NCBI RefSeq assembly: GCF_009914755.1
Contig: NC_060927.1
Source: the human T2T-CHM13v2.0 reference genome, Homo sapiens
Direction: 5' to 3' (one strand)
Length of the DNA stretch: 64,000 bases
Shown here: positions 12,397 to 26,180 of the stretch, piece after piece
Layout: every line of letters begins with the position of its first letter
How positions within the stretch are numbered: position 1 is the stretch's first letter
Notes under the pieces: model-generated
Databases searched by the model: none
Seen by the model: only the letters and a program-made list of their open reading frames with translations
What the model was told of the DNA's origin: nothing
Program-made: the position numbers and the translations under genes

Positions 12397-15300
12397 AATA
12401 CTGTGCATGGCATTCAGTCCAGCAGGTTTAGGCACCAAGTGCCTGACTTTGAAGGCTGTGAAGGGTTTAGGAAGACCTCTTGGACAGGAACAGCCAAGAA
12501 TTCCCTGTTTCTCTGCTGTTGGTGGCCCCGTCCATAGGTCGTCCTCCAGAGGCCCTCACCTTCTCCATATCCAAGCCCCTGCCTCCTCCCTCAGCCTCAG
12601 GCCAGCAAGTGCGTCTGCTGGGCTTGCCTCATGGTCTCAAGGCAAGGATTTTGCTGCGCTTGCTTCTCTCCTGGATTCCAGGGCTGTTCAGGTCCACCTG
12701 GCTGGTGCTGTTGGTGGAAAGTGTAAGTGTACTTAGAAGAGTCAGGAAAGGGAAATATCTTCTCAGTGTTAATGTGGAAGCGGAAATTCAGTAGGAGTAA
12801 CCAGGAGTTAGAGTCTTACATTTGAAGGTCAGAGAAGCTGAGTTTGATGACCAACTTAGGCTTGTACTATGTGATCTCAAACAAGCCACTGAATTTCTCT
12901 GGGCTTCTAATTTGTAAAACAGCCTTGCTGATAGTGGCTCCTTCTCAGTTTTGTGACAGGAACCAAATGAGCAACAGCATGTGGCAATATCTTTCGGTCC
13001 AGGAACCAATGAGGGAAATGGGATAAAATTATTGAGGAGAAAGAACAAGGTGAATGAGTCAGAACACCCGCAAAAAGACCTTGATGGGACATGAGGCCTC
13101 AGAATGTGAAAGTGCTTCAGAAGAACCCTCCAGAGCTTTCTGGAAGGAACCCTCTCTGTCCTTGCTGCGGCTGATGTTTTCAATGACTTAGTTGTAGAAT
13201 TTATAGCCAGAACTGACTAGCCTCTCTCTAGCTGTGTGGGAAGATCTGTGGATGTTGGTGTCTTTGAGCCAGAGAGGGGGTTTGGCTTGTTTTAGAGGCA
13301 GTGTGGCACCTCCTGTTGTCTTCAGCCCTTCTGGACTCCAGGGGCAGTGTGAGCCGAGGTGTCCACCCCTCATGCCTTCATGGCCCTGGGCCTCTCAGTT
13401 ATGTATGTGATGACTTGGCCTTCCAGGCACCAAGACTTTGATCAACCTGAGTCAGGAGGTTTGTGTGAAACCCTTCCTGGTTTTCTTTTTTAAAACACAA
13501 ATGGGGTCTGGAATTGATCCCAGATAAGACATCTGCCTCTTAACTTCACTTCAGAGAGGCAGGATGACAAGAAAGGCGATGAAGACAACTAAATGCATTT
13601 ATGATTTATGCCCCCTGTGATAAATCAGTGGATGATTTCTCCCCAAAATGTGGTCACTGCCTGACTAACTCATACCAGCTGACACATCTGTGAGATGCAC
13701 CAGCAGATGGGGGCTGAGCCCCTTCCTTGCCATGTGCACACCAGTCCTGGAACCCAGCACCCTGAGGACTGGGGCTTGGATGTGTGAGAGAGGGGGTCAT
13801 CTGCATGCAGTGTGGAAGATGGCCACTTCACTGCCACCCTCTCCTGCCTGTGTTTTCCCTTCTTGCGTCCTGATGGTGTAGTCATGTTCAGCCTGTCCTT
13901 GGTTCATCTCCAGCATTCCTTTCTGCGCTCGCCTTCATGTGTGGTGAGTTAGATTTTTCCATTCCCTAAAGGTGATTTGAGCAGGCCCAGTTCTCACCAG
14001 AGTCCCTCAAAGCAAGTGTGGAGAGTGGAAAATCACATTAACTCTTTCATTAACTCCAGCTGTGCTGAGCCGAATCGGCGATGGCAAAGAGGTTGCATCC
14101 CCAAGGGCCAGCTTCAGGCCTTCTGGGGTAGCTTTCTGGAATGCTATCTTGGATAGGCTTTTTAGGGCCAGTCTGGCCAGTAAAGGGACCAGTGAGCATA
14201 ACCTGCCCTGCACAACAAGGCCAGTGGTGTCCCCGTGCCATGGGTAAGGCCAGTAGTGGCCCTTGGACAGTGGGTTTACCACCCGTTTCCCCAAGGTCTC
14301 CTTGTATCCTGGATGCTTGACCTTGCATTTCTGAACTCAGAAAGCCATATCTACATGTTCCAAAATACTCTGTCATTTGAAATTTTCAGAAATCTGTTGA
14401 ACCCTATTTTGGCTGCTTGGCAGCTACACAGCAGCTGGATTGCTTACTCCTCACCGCCACCTCCCCCTTTCAGCATCATCTGAAGCTAATTTATCCAGGA
14501 GTAACTTGGTCTTTGTGGGGAAATGTCACATTTTATTTTATAAGTTAACTGCAAATGAAACCGCCTGGTTGTACCTCTCATTTTCCTCTTGTTGAAAAAT
14601 GTCTTTGTTCCATCATATTTTTCCCTTTCTTTTCACAAACTTGAGAAAGTCTTTGGCAGGTGCCAAGGCCATTTCGTGGGCCTAAGACTGGGTGGTGAGA
14701 CCTCCTGTAGATGGGAAAGGGCTGAGCAGGGGGACTCAGAGGCTGGTGCTTTCTCTAGGAAGTAAGCAAGGTTGCAGGAGCTCAGCAAGGAGGGAGCATG
14801 GGGCAAACCCGTGGCTGGAGGTGGAGGCACTGGCTGTGTGTTGGTACATATGGGGCTTTAGCTGGAACCCCTGACTCTGGGACCAGATTGCCCTGCTCCA
14901 TGCAGGCTATGTAGAGAAGGAAAAATGAGCCAGCTAGTAAAGGTTCATTTGATGTCTCTGCTTTTCCTTTGTATTACCATTGTTCCAGCCAGAAATAATA
15001 TACCTGCAGCTGTGTTTCTGTAGGACAATGGGGACATCTAATAATATATCGGGCTGACCTAAGCTGCCTTTTCTCCAGCAGTGCCCCAAGGGGAAGATAT
15101 ATACTCCACCTTTATGTTATCCAGTGGTACTAATCAGAAACCATTGCTGTGGAAACGACATGTCCTGTTTGGTTCCTTTCTAGCAGGGAATCGTAAAATT
15201 AAAAGGGAGCTTGATAGATTCCGCTTAATGCCAAAATGAAATCCTGACATACTTTGCTGGATATTACATAATTAGTTGACTTCTCAAAGGAGTTCTAATT

Positions 15301-15763
15301 ATGCCTATGGAATAAGCTCAAGATAATGAAATGCATTCATCTCTCTGGCAAAGCGGTCTGTCGCATAGCATGGAGTGCCGAGTCAGTCCTCCAGGGTTCG
15401 CCTTCTTGCTCAATGAACAAAGCTTTATTTACAGCCACAGAACTTGGAAATGAAATACAAAGTTATTTTATAGTGTACTTATTTTTTATTTCCATTAAGA
15501 AAATCAGTTTTCCTCAGCTCCATATACTGTGTAAATGACCACATGTACAGTAACTGCACTAATCCCAAAACATAAAGATTTCTGCTCCTGAATGCATTAG
15601 ACGGCTCATAATACCACAAAACCTGCCAGAGATAGGAAGAGACTACTGACAGGGGCCAAAGGGAAAGAGTTCTTTGGCCCCAAATTTTATGAACTGTAAC
15701 ATTAATAGTAAGGGTTGTAGCGATGGGTGGGTGGGTACATGGATGGGTGAGACAGAGGATGGT

Positions 15764-15985
15764 TATTTTTTTTTTTTTTTTTGAGACAGGGTTTGCTCTG
15801 CCACCCAGGTTCCGCCACCCAGGCTGGATTTGCACTGCACAATCATGGCTCACTGCAGCCTCAACCTCTCAGGTTCAAGCGATACTCCTACCTCAGCCTC
15901 CTGAGTAGCTGAGACTACAGGGATGTGCCACCATGCCCAGCTAATTTTTTTGTAGGGATGGAGTCTCACCATGTTGCCCAGGCTG
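15764..15985 (-). mobile_element. 5'-truncated AluJ
   Basis: Right arm plus a short left-arm piece; gcagcctcaacctc J-type; small internal duplication of gccacccagg. Confidence 0.85.
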
Positions 15986-17638
15986 AGAATGAGTATTTGG
16001 ATGGATGGATGAATAATCAGGGAGGGGTATAGATGGAATAGAACTAACTCAGAAAAATCTACCTTTAGATATATTATCCAGTATTTGATTGCTAGAGAAC
16101 ATGATGAGGAATAAGAGGGTTTGCCTCCTAATAATTCCTTATTTATAAAAGGGAAACTCAAGAATCTTTTAGTTTCTCAACAGACAACTTTAAAAGGTAA
16201 CAGCAAAGAGATGTAGGAAAAGTTGACTTGGAGGGAAATAGAAGAAATGTCTTCAAAGATAGTCATATTCTAACAGCTTAAAATATAAGATAAAATACAA
16301 AATAAAAATATATTCTTTACAAATATGTCATTGGTGACCTAACAAAGTTGGAACAAAGCTCTGCCTAGGTTTCTCTTAGCAGTAGATTGTTCCCTAACAT
16401 GTTAGTGAATGGAACCCAAGCCAAGAAGGAACCATTCAGAATGGCATTCATTGGAGCGTTACTGCCTCAGTTTCTATATTTAAAAATGAAGATGCTCTGT
16501 GTGCAGAGATCTATCCAATGCCATTGCTGACATAGTGATAAAGAAAAGTCAGGGATGCCTATTAGTTTTCTTCCTCCAATATAAGGACTCATTAATCTCC
16601 TCTGATGTCTGCAGGTACCAAAGACATTTTTTGCTGTGAAGTCACCTCCTCTCCCAACTTGTCCTTTAAAATATATGTATAGAAAGAAAGGCCTTAAAAG
16701 GCGTTAAACCACGTTTTTCTAAGACAAAAGATCAGTCTTATTTTGTGACATGTGATTCAGGGTGACTGGGGGATTACCTGGTAGTACGAGGGGAACTTGG
16801 ACCTGTATTGTCAACCTCGCATGGTTGGAAGTACTTTGTGCTATCAAATTCCTCTGTCTGGCTCGTCACCTGGGGCAGCAGAATCCTTTCAAGACTCTGC
16901 CCAGGTGGATGGCTGCTGAATTCTAGTGGAACATTTGAGGGCAGTTCTCTGGCTCTAGCGGTCGATTTTCCTCCTGTCAGAAGAGCCATTCATGAACTCT
17001 GTTGACCAAAAAGTTAATTCCTTCATGTTTTTAGCAGAAGCAGCTCATTCCAGCTTAAATTCCCAAAGATCAGGTCTTCTCATGTTAATTACTCATCTAT
17101 ATTCTGGCTGGCACAGTATAACTGGTACATGAACACTGTTTTAAAACTCTGCTGATTGGATCATTTATGAGACATTCATGTAAAAAGGACCCTACCTTGA
17201 ACTATTTTTTTTCAAATATAATGTTGGAACCCTAGGACCTCAGGATTAGAAGAAAACAAAGAGTGAACTGTATGAATTGGTTTTCAAGACTAACTTATGA
17301 CACCTGCGGGCCAGTTTTGTTTTGTGCATGTTGGATCCATAATCTGTAACCACCCTCCAAGGCAGAGGCTGGAAGGAGGTGGCAAGAAGAAGGTCAGATG
17401 CCATTTGTAGTGGATGCATCTGCTTGCCATGGTTAGATAAAGAGGTTTTCATTTTATTCCTGTTCCATCAGAGACAATATCCCTACCATCACTCAAGCCA
17501 GGGTATTGAACCTTGAAAACTGATGCATTGCCTGTCATCACACAGACCACTTTCTGCTGAGTTAAAGAAAAGACACAGTCTAGTTTGTTGGAAAATGGTG
17601 ATGAATATTTGGACCAGATATTAAAAGAGTCAAAATAA

Positions 17639-17935
<297 letters not shown>

Positions 17936-19088
17936 GTCAAAATAGATATTTTTATATTAGAATTTTATATCAACATGAAATGGCAAGCAGAATTGAGAAA
18001 AAGAATTTTCTTATTCCGAAATTCAGAAGGCTATTTATTATAACCTTGCTGTGTTTAAGAAAAACTATTTTAAGAGCAAATATCATCAGTAGGCCTTGGG
18101 ATACAAGACTAAAATAAAAAAGCAAATCCTCTGAGCATGGGAGAGAATGCCTTAAATATTAGTAAGAAGTTAGACCTAATTTTAAAAATTGGGTTAATCA
18201 GACATACAGTGCCTTGAGTTTTTTCTCTTTTCTCCACCCTGAGTCATTAGTGTGTCTGAGAGGGAAAAGACCTGAGCCTTCATTCTCCATTTGTACAATA
18301 ACATTTAATCAAGTGCAAACAGCCCTGCAGAGTTCAGGAGTGCTGCTGGAGCTAGGATGATGGGTCTAATACTCTAGGGACCAAGAACAATGAAGCTGAC
18401 ATGTGGGTTCACCTCCGCCATTGTTCAAGGAAGCATCCGTGGCCTTTTGCTGTGTTTAATTACAGTGGCAAAATCTCAGTCACTGTTTACACAGGCTTAT
18501 TGCTCAGGTGTGGAAATGCACTCTAGGCTCACTTTTGGCATTTGCTTTGTATCGGGGAGTTCTTAGTCTCTTGAATTAAAAATACATTCATTCCATTCCT
18601 TCTGGTGTTACAAATGTAAATATCTTCACCAACCCTGCAGGGATTGCCGTAGTGGTAGATGGGTTTGTTACTTCAGCCACTTCACACAGGAGACAGGGAA
18701 CCTGTGGGAACCAGTCAATTCTGTGGTTTCTGCAAGTGTTCCTTCAAGATGGCAGTGGTCATGCAGCCTGGAAGGCCGTACAGTGTCCAGGCATCTAGTC
18801 TCTGTCAGGGCTTACCTCAAATGTGGGCTTTTCCTGCTCCAAGGCACAAGTGCCTTCTGTGAGATAGCATTTTTAGATGCTGTTCCACCTCCCACAAAGT
18901 TCCTATTACTCAGTGGAACACATACACCTTCCAGATTTCAATAGCCTAGGTCATGTTCCTTTTTCATGTTTTCACATGGGATTATATTCCTTTTCTTCTT
19001 GGCATTTATCTCTGATTCTTACATTCTCATTAGAGATGTCTTATTGTTTGGCTCCTTCCTGAAACTGTGAACTCCACAACTGAAGAGT

Positions 19089-19239
19089 CAGGGCTAGCTT
19101 CATGAGCATGCTACTGTACAGTTAAACACGGTTCCACATTCAGAAGGGCCCCATGCTTGGCTTAATGCTCTGCTATTTTCATCTTGAAATCCTTAATACT
19201 TTTCACAATTTCATTTTGCAAACCACATAGTCAGTCCTG
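19089..19239 (+). mobile_element. MER45A (hAT-Tip100 fossil)
   Basis: cagggctagcttcatg...cagaagggccccatgcttggcttaatgctctgct...catcttgaaatccttaata...cctg. Confidence 0.8.
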
Positions 19240-19712
19240 GGTTGGGGCCATGTCCATTTCTGTTGGATCTCCAGCACATGGTGTGTGCTCAAGGAGCATT
19301 GTGTAAAGGAATGTTTCAGTGACAAAAGATGATCTCTTTTCATGAGGGCATGAAGCATAAAATCTCTAATACCTAATATCGAGTCAGGATGTTTCATATT
19401 TTCCTGGTGGTTCACAACTTAATCTCATTGTTTTCATAAAGTTTGGCAAATGCAGCCAAAATTGAATTAAAGAGACTTGTGTATTATGATCTAAGAAAAA
19501 GAATTGGTTGCAAACTGTAGGAAGTATAAAAGTGGACTGGTCTGTTGTTAATTTTTTGTTCTATATTTAGAACCTAAAGGATGATGTTTAGAGATCAAAA
19601 ATGTTAATCGTCTTGCAAAGAGTGCTAGACACTAATGAGCTGGGGCAAATACTGCATTAGAGAAAGTATCCTTCAGATGATAGAGGAAGTTGGGACAATG
19701 ACTGGGGCTCTT

Positions 19713-19923
19713 TAAAAAAAAAAACTTTTAATTTTATTTTTAAATTTTAATCTATTTATTTGTTTTGAGACCAGGTTATGAGACTGGCTAATTTTTACAT
19801 TTTTGGTAGAGATGGGGTTTCACTGTGTTCCCAGGCTGGTCTTGAACTCCTGGGCTCAAGCTATCTACCCTCCTCAGCCTCCCAAAGTGCTGGGATGACA
19901 GGCATGAGCCACTGCACCCATCC
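19713..19923 (-). mobile_element. Alu left-monomer derivative with a non-Alu 3' segment
   Basis: Left arm + linker + TTAGCCAGTCTCATAACCTGGTCTCAAAA + A-rich tail; TSD tgactggggctctt at 19699-19712 and 19927-19940. Confidence 0.88.
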
Positions 19924-22684
19924 TGGTGACTGGGGCTCTTCTGAAATGCAAAATGTGTTTTCCATTGTATTAATTCAGGACCAAGGAAACACTGAAACAA
20001 CAAAATGTCCAGTTTGATTTCCCCATCATATAGCTGGGGAAACCTTGCTCTCCCCCACAGGAAGCTTGGCGAAAATTCTGCTGTAGAGTTCATGGAGGAA
20101 TTGCAAGGCTTCACAGTTCTGTGCAGCATGCCCATACGTTTTCTGTCACTTGTCTGATTTGGACATACATTTTCCTATTCTCTCCTGCCCACCCAAAAGG
20201 TGACTGCCACAGATTGTGAAGTTGGCAGGATTTTCCAGGCTGTGTCGGCACAAGCTGTTAATAAATTAGGTGCACAGACGTGTGCTGGCAAGGCGTTTCC
20301 TCCTGGAGTTCATAGGCCTTCCAGAACATTTATGTCTCATTACAGCCCATACAGCAGTTTATGCCCTAATAAATCAGAGAAGCTTTGCGGAGATGGGCTG
20401 GACCATAATGAATCTTTCTGTTGGCATTTTCCCTTTACAGGCGCAAATAATGGAGCAAAACCGCCCCATCTGGCCACTCTGTAAGAGAGAACTCACAGTG
20501 GGAAGTTGTTTTCTCAAGCATGACAAAAGGTCATCCCAGGTAGCAGGAGTGAGGGGAGGCAGCTAGGGCTGTGAGTGACAAGGTGGAATGAAGCCATTTA
20601 TGAGCCTTTATCACTGCGATTATAGGCATTAGCTGGACTGTCAGGGTCCTGTTCTTTCTTCCTGTGATAGGTCTTGGTCTTTGCTGATTTTTCACATTTA
20701 ATTTTCAGACCTGTTTGTTGTCTTGCAAATAGCACAAGCAGACACACACCCTCAGCCTGGGGTGTGGACCTGCTTACTTTGATTTATGTTTTATTACCTT
20801 GATGAGATGCATTCCTGGCTCACTGGGAATGGCTACTGAGCAGAGTGAAGGGAATCTGCCCATCAACCCCAGATCAGCTTCTCTCTCCCTGCCTTCCTTC
20901 ACCCATGTGACGGCATGTGAGATGAAAGCCAAGTTAATATGGAAATTATTATTAATAATCTGGTGGTGGACAGAAATGTATTTTTTGAGCTAGGAAATCA
21001 ACTTGTCTAGTGGAGGTTTACCAGTTGTAAACAAACAAACAAAAAACATAAATCATTTTAAAAACCACACCTAGAAAGAAGCAAAAATTTGTTTTTGGTA
21101 CTTCACGCATTTTCACAAGAAGGCCCATCCTCCATTTTGGAAGTTAACATATATTAATCATTTCCTTTGTATCTAGTAGCTGGGGTCTCATTTCATTGGA
21201 GAAAAATTTGGATCTCATTAAGTCAAAGAAACTGTCTGATTGTTTCCCTCCATTTCCAGTCTAGTTGGTCTGTACTCCTACCCTTTGCAGGGCTGAAGGG
21301 GAGCTTCAGAGACACCTGGGCTGCTTGGTTGTGCTCACAGAGAGGCTCTTGGGAGCCTGTGAGAGTGTAATATATACAGCAGGACCTATTTCTATTCTAT
21401 TCTGTAAAGGCTTGGCTGGTGCCTCTTCAGTAATCACTTTGCTGTTGGGAAGGCAGAGGAGAAAGTAAGTGAGGGAGTACATGATTTATCAAAAGTGACA
21501 AGGAGAACAGAGCTCCTCTATCAGCCCTCAGCTACCCTCCTATTTATATAACACCTTTCCTTCCAGTGTTTCCCCCAGCAGATGGCCAGGTGAGGTTCGT
21601 GGTCTCTGCACGGAAATACAGCTGCTCCAGGGCAGGAATGGGGGATCTTTTGGGCTCTCTCCCAGCAGAATTATGCAATAGTCCATGGAGGGAGGGGACA
21701 AAGTCATTCCCTAGCTGAAGCAGCCCTGGAAATGTAGACTTAAAGCCAAGTGCTGCTTGCAAATTGGGAGGTTGCCAAGACCTAGCACCCTAAGACTCAG
21801 GGGTTAAAGTAAAATCCTGGAGGAGTTAAGTAATTGACCACAAGTGGGTCTGCTCCCATCTGCCCCTGCATAATGAGAAAGTCAGTGAGACTTGATGGGG
21901 TCACAAAAGCACAGCAATGTGTTGACTGAGATGACTGTGCTCTGCCAAGGGAAAGAGTCTGCCCTTCAAAGGGATTCTCCAGGTGTACTCTGAAAGTTTC
22001 CCCATTGTCCTGTTTTATCAAGATCCAAGAACCAAAGGAGGTCCTTGTCCTGCTTGAGATTTTTGCTCTGGGGTTGAGCATGTGAGTATCAGGAGACCTC
22101 ATTTGGTACAGGATGTTGAACACACACAGCTGCTTTTTTAAGGTTTCCATTTGCAACTGGTTGAGCCATAACAGGTAATTAGCACCTTTGCTGTTGGACC
22201 AAGCGGTGCTTTTATTGGTTGGAGTTTCTTAATTAGGCTGGCTGCTTTGCAGTTTTGGGGAAGAGAATTTAGAGGGAAAGCAGGAATGCTGTGTGTCTCA
22301 GAGGATGAGGCCAAGCTGAGAAAACAGCCAGAGGGTCTGAGTTCAGTGCCCCAGCCCTTCAGTGCCATATTCTAATCCTACCCTGCAAGTTCTAACCTCC
22401 CGTTGGCCTTTTTCTGAGATCATGGGTAGACCTCAGAAATGGTTCTTGTATCCACACTTCTCTGAAGTGTGCTGATGAGGACTCTGGCCTCATTTTAGGG
22501 GTTGTTTCCAGAATGAAAACTAAAGATGAAATGGATTTGTTGGGAATAGTATGTGCTATTGTGGACCTGAACACGTTGGTTGTTTAACTCAGCATCACAT
22601 CTATGGATTAGTCAGGACTGAGGAAATGTCCTGGGAGCAACTTGTTTGGCTTTGCCAAGATGTCAGCTAAGGCACTTTCAAATT

Positions 22685-22900
22685 AGGTGACCTTGTGCAA
22701 GACACATAAGGGATCTGTGCTTCGGCTGTCCCGTGTGTGAGTTAGGAATGGTCGTGTTCACTCTCTCCTAGAGTGGTCGCAAGGATTAAAGGAGATAGTG
22801 CCTGTAAGCCCATAGCATGGTGGCTGGCACGAGTAAATCCTCAAGAGATGACAGTGTGATACCAATGACAACGATTGTGATGATGATAATGACGATGACA
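22685..22900 (+). mobile_element. MIR SINE
   Basis: gtgaccttgtgcaag...aggattaaaggagatagtgcctgtaagcccatagcatggtggctggcac and (gat)n tail. Confidence 0.7.
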
Positions 22901-24269
22901 TTGTTACTTTAGAAACCCAGAGTCCAAACACGTGGAAGCCAGTTTAGGAATGACAAGTAAATTTACTCTCACATGCCAACTTCTGTTGATGGGGTGACTG
23001 TGTTGTACAAGATTCTGAGACTACACATGGGCTTAGGGAGAGAGAGCTGAAGTCCTTTAGGGATATTTGTCTTTGGAGATGGAATCAAGGGTGATGCCAC
23101 ACATACTTCTGTCTTTAACAGCTGTGTAATCTGGGGTAAATTCACCTCTCTTAGAGTCTAGTTTTAAAAATCCATATAATGGGAAATTTGGACCACATCA
23201 GTTTTCTTGGAAGTATTCAGCCAAATGTTAAAAGGTGTTTGGGGTGGGTGTAGAAAAGATTATTTGAGTAGGTTTTGGAAATGCTGTGTGTAACAGAACA
23301 AGTTAAGGCAGGTTTCTTCATTACTGGACTTCTCAGCACCTTTAGTGTGCTTGAAAATTCCAAGAGGAGAATATGTCATTCTTCCCAAACTTACCTGATC
23401 AGGAAAACATTTGTTTTGCAAAACGCAACTCATGAGACTAGTGTTGCACAGAATGGATTTGGAGAAATTAGATGATTTTCAGGATCCATTTTTCTCTCCA
23501 AATTAGTGAAATCTGTAAGTCTCAAAAACTTAGATGAGTTAATGACTGCACTGCCTCACCATGAACTTTTCACATGTTATCAAAAATGAAACTCCTTTCA
23601 GGGCACACTTAAATGACAATCTTTTGTTCTTTGAAATAACTTTGAAAAATATCAAAGGTAATATCTGGTAGGACATTAATCCTTAACATCTATAAACCAT
23701 CCTGAATCTCAGCTTCAAGTGCAAATTATGCTGATGGGTTTGGCACACCCTTTGGCTAAAAAGCTTCTTTCTCAATATTTGACCTTCCTCTCTGGACTAG
23801 GGTGCAGTGAGGACCTGTGAGGTGAAAGGCCCTTCACTCTCTCCTCTCCACCCTGGAATCCAGCTGCCCCTTCACCTGCCAGCCTGCCTAAGAGGCAGAA
23901 GAAAGCCTCATGTGTCTCTAGACTTAAACCGCCGGCAGCTGTGTCTTCCATGGCTGATGAAGCAGAGCAAGGGAGGCAGCCAGAATAGCCTAGGAAATCT
24001 CCAGGTTTCTGTTGATTTCTCATTTGTCATTAATAGTAATAGATAACTTTTTACTTTGCATGGCATTTGTCAGCTGTCATCCCTGAAGGCTGTTGAAACT
24101 ATTTGGGAGCAGTAATAACACTCTAGAATAACTTTGGGTAATTGTTCTCTTTTAGCCAGCAAAAGCTTTGAAGATGCTTGGAACATAAATGTGGTCCCCA
24201 GGGTTCCTTTATTCTGCTGATGATACAGAGCATTATTTTTTCAAAGGGGAGCCACAGAGCCTGAGCCTC

Positions 24270-25430
24270 ATTCATTCATTCATTCATTCATCCATTCATT
24301 TGTGAGGGAGTTAAAGAGGGGAGGGTGTTGGAAGTTAGAGTGAGAAGGGGAAGGAGGATGGAAGTTTGAGGAGAGAAACAGGTATAATTGTTGCCTTAGG
24401 AGAGTTGGGAAGATAATTGAGCAGGGAAAAGTAGAAGGATGACCGGCAGTGGGGAGGAGCCCCTGGAGATTTTTAATTATAAATTTAAAGTGGGACTGGC
24501 CAACAGGGTTGTGTGTTTTTCTCCAGCCATATTTAGCTGCTTGGGTGCAGGTACAAAGGAAGTAGAAAGTTGGGTTTAAAGGGTTGGGGTTCAAGTTGGT
24601 TGGAAGGATAGTTAATAGAATTGAGTGTAGATTCAAAAGGAGTGAGCCTTGGAATCTGAGGTGGGTAAAAAGGAAGTGAGGATAAGAGAGAGGTGGTAGA
24701 CAGTGGAGGATCAACTATTTTGAGGTCCCAACATATGGGAAGTGAGCTGATGGTCTGATAGCTGAGTTCAGAAAGTTAAGATTTTGTAGGGAATGCAGTA
24801 TTGACAATGACAATGCCTTGGCTATAACCATGGGAGTAGGCAGTAGAAGTCGGGTAGAAGACACCATTATTGAGAGAGATGGTGTTAAGGAGCTCAGAGG
24901 CTAGGATTTTAATATCACTAAGAATGACAACAGGAAGAGACTAGAGAGAGCCAGTGAGCCCAATGCTGAAGTATTCATGAGTGATTAGGCAGTCAGGAGA
25001 CAGCAGCAACAAGAGGGCCATGGTTAGTCTAGCCTGACAAAAAGCGCACCACAGGATCTGGGCTTTTTCAGAGGAGGAGGGGGACATTTTTGGATTTGGC
25101 AATACATAGCAGAGAAGATACTCCCTTGAATTTACAGGCTGCATGGTATGCAGGGTTTGGGAGACAGGGCCATCACTTGATAGGAATGGAGGAAGCAGAA
25201 TTTTCCAAGGACAGACAGACTTGGACAGCCAGATGGAGCATGAAGGTGAAGATGAAGTTGAGGGTAGGGGTGGAAGATATGGTGGATTTTGCTGATGCTG
25301 AACCAGGAATGACAGAGGACACACACAAGGAGTTTGGGACAACAAAGGAACGGCTGGACAGAGGCAGTCATGTGGGGATAAGGATCTAGGTGTTGAGGGC
25401 TGACCTGAAGGGCCTGACCTTTTCTGTTGA
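24270..25430 (-). mobile_element. L2 internal (ORF2) fragment preceded by (TTCA)n
   Basis: The minus-strand ORF contains LNPTFYFLCTCTQAAKYGWRKTHN..HFKF, resembling decayed L2 ORF2; purine-rich plus strand. Confidence 0.75.
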
Positions 25431-26034
25431 CAGAGGAAAAAAGTGGTGAAAGCCTCTCCTGGCCCCTGGGGAAAGGTGGTCAGTCAGTCCTCTTCATCTT
25501 CTCTCCCTGAAGTTCATGGCTTAGGCAGTGGGCAGGGATGAGTCTAGGACTCATTTCTGCTTAGTACAGTGCTGAAGTAGAGGGAGGAGACGCAGAGGAT
25601 GAAGGCCATCATGCTGCTGTGCATTCCTGGGGTGCCACTCATATTTCAGTCTTGTAAATGCACCCCCATAGTTGTGCTTGAGGCAAACTATGAGTAAAAA
25701 GTCTCAACAGTCAAAGAAGTTTCGGAGATACTGCTTCTAGTGCACCCCTCTGAAGAGTGACGAAAGTAAAGGCTCTGAGAGACCTACAACAGGCAGGCCT
25801 GTTCAGCTTTGTTTGCCTCAGCATTTCCCAAACCTGACCTCTCCATTCCTGAACACCATCCCTTCCAAGATGGTGTCCTCCACACCACTTCCACCGCCTA
25901 CTCCCATGGTTATATCCTTGTCTTGGGATCGTTTTGTCTTCCCTAAAATCCCTTTGATATTCTGCAGAAATGGCCTTCTTTGAAACATGCTTGTGTAAGT
26001 GCTGGGTTTTCATTTCAGTGCAATCACGAGCTGA

Positions 26035-26180
26035 CCACCCCTTACTTCCCTGAGCCTCCAGTTCCTCGTCTTTAGTAACATCAACCACGCACAGTTGTTG
26101 TGGGAATCATGCATTAACACAGGTGAAAGACCTAACACGATTCTTGGCTTATAGCAGGCCCTCAATAAATCTTAGCCCCT
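26035..26180 (+). mobile_element. MIR SINE 3' part
   Basis: cttccctgagcctccagttcctc...ctcaataaatcttagc. Confidence 0.65.
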
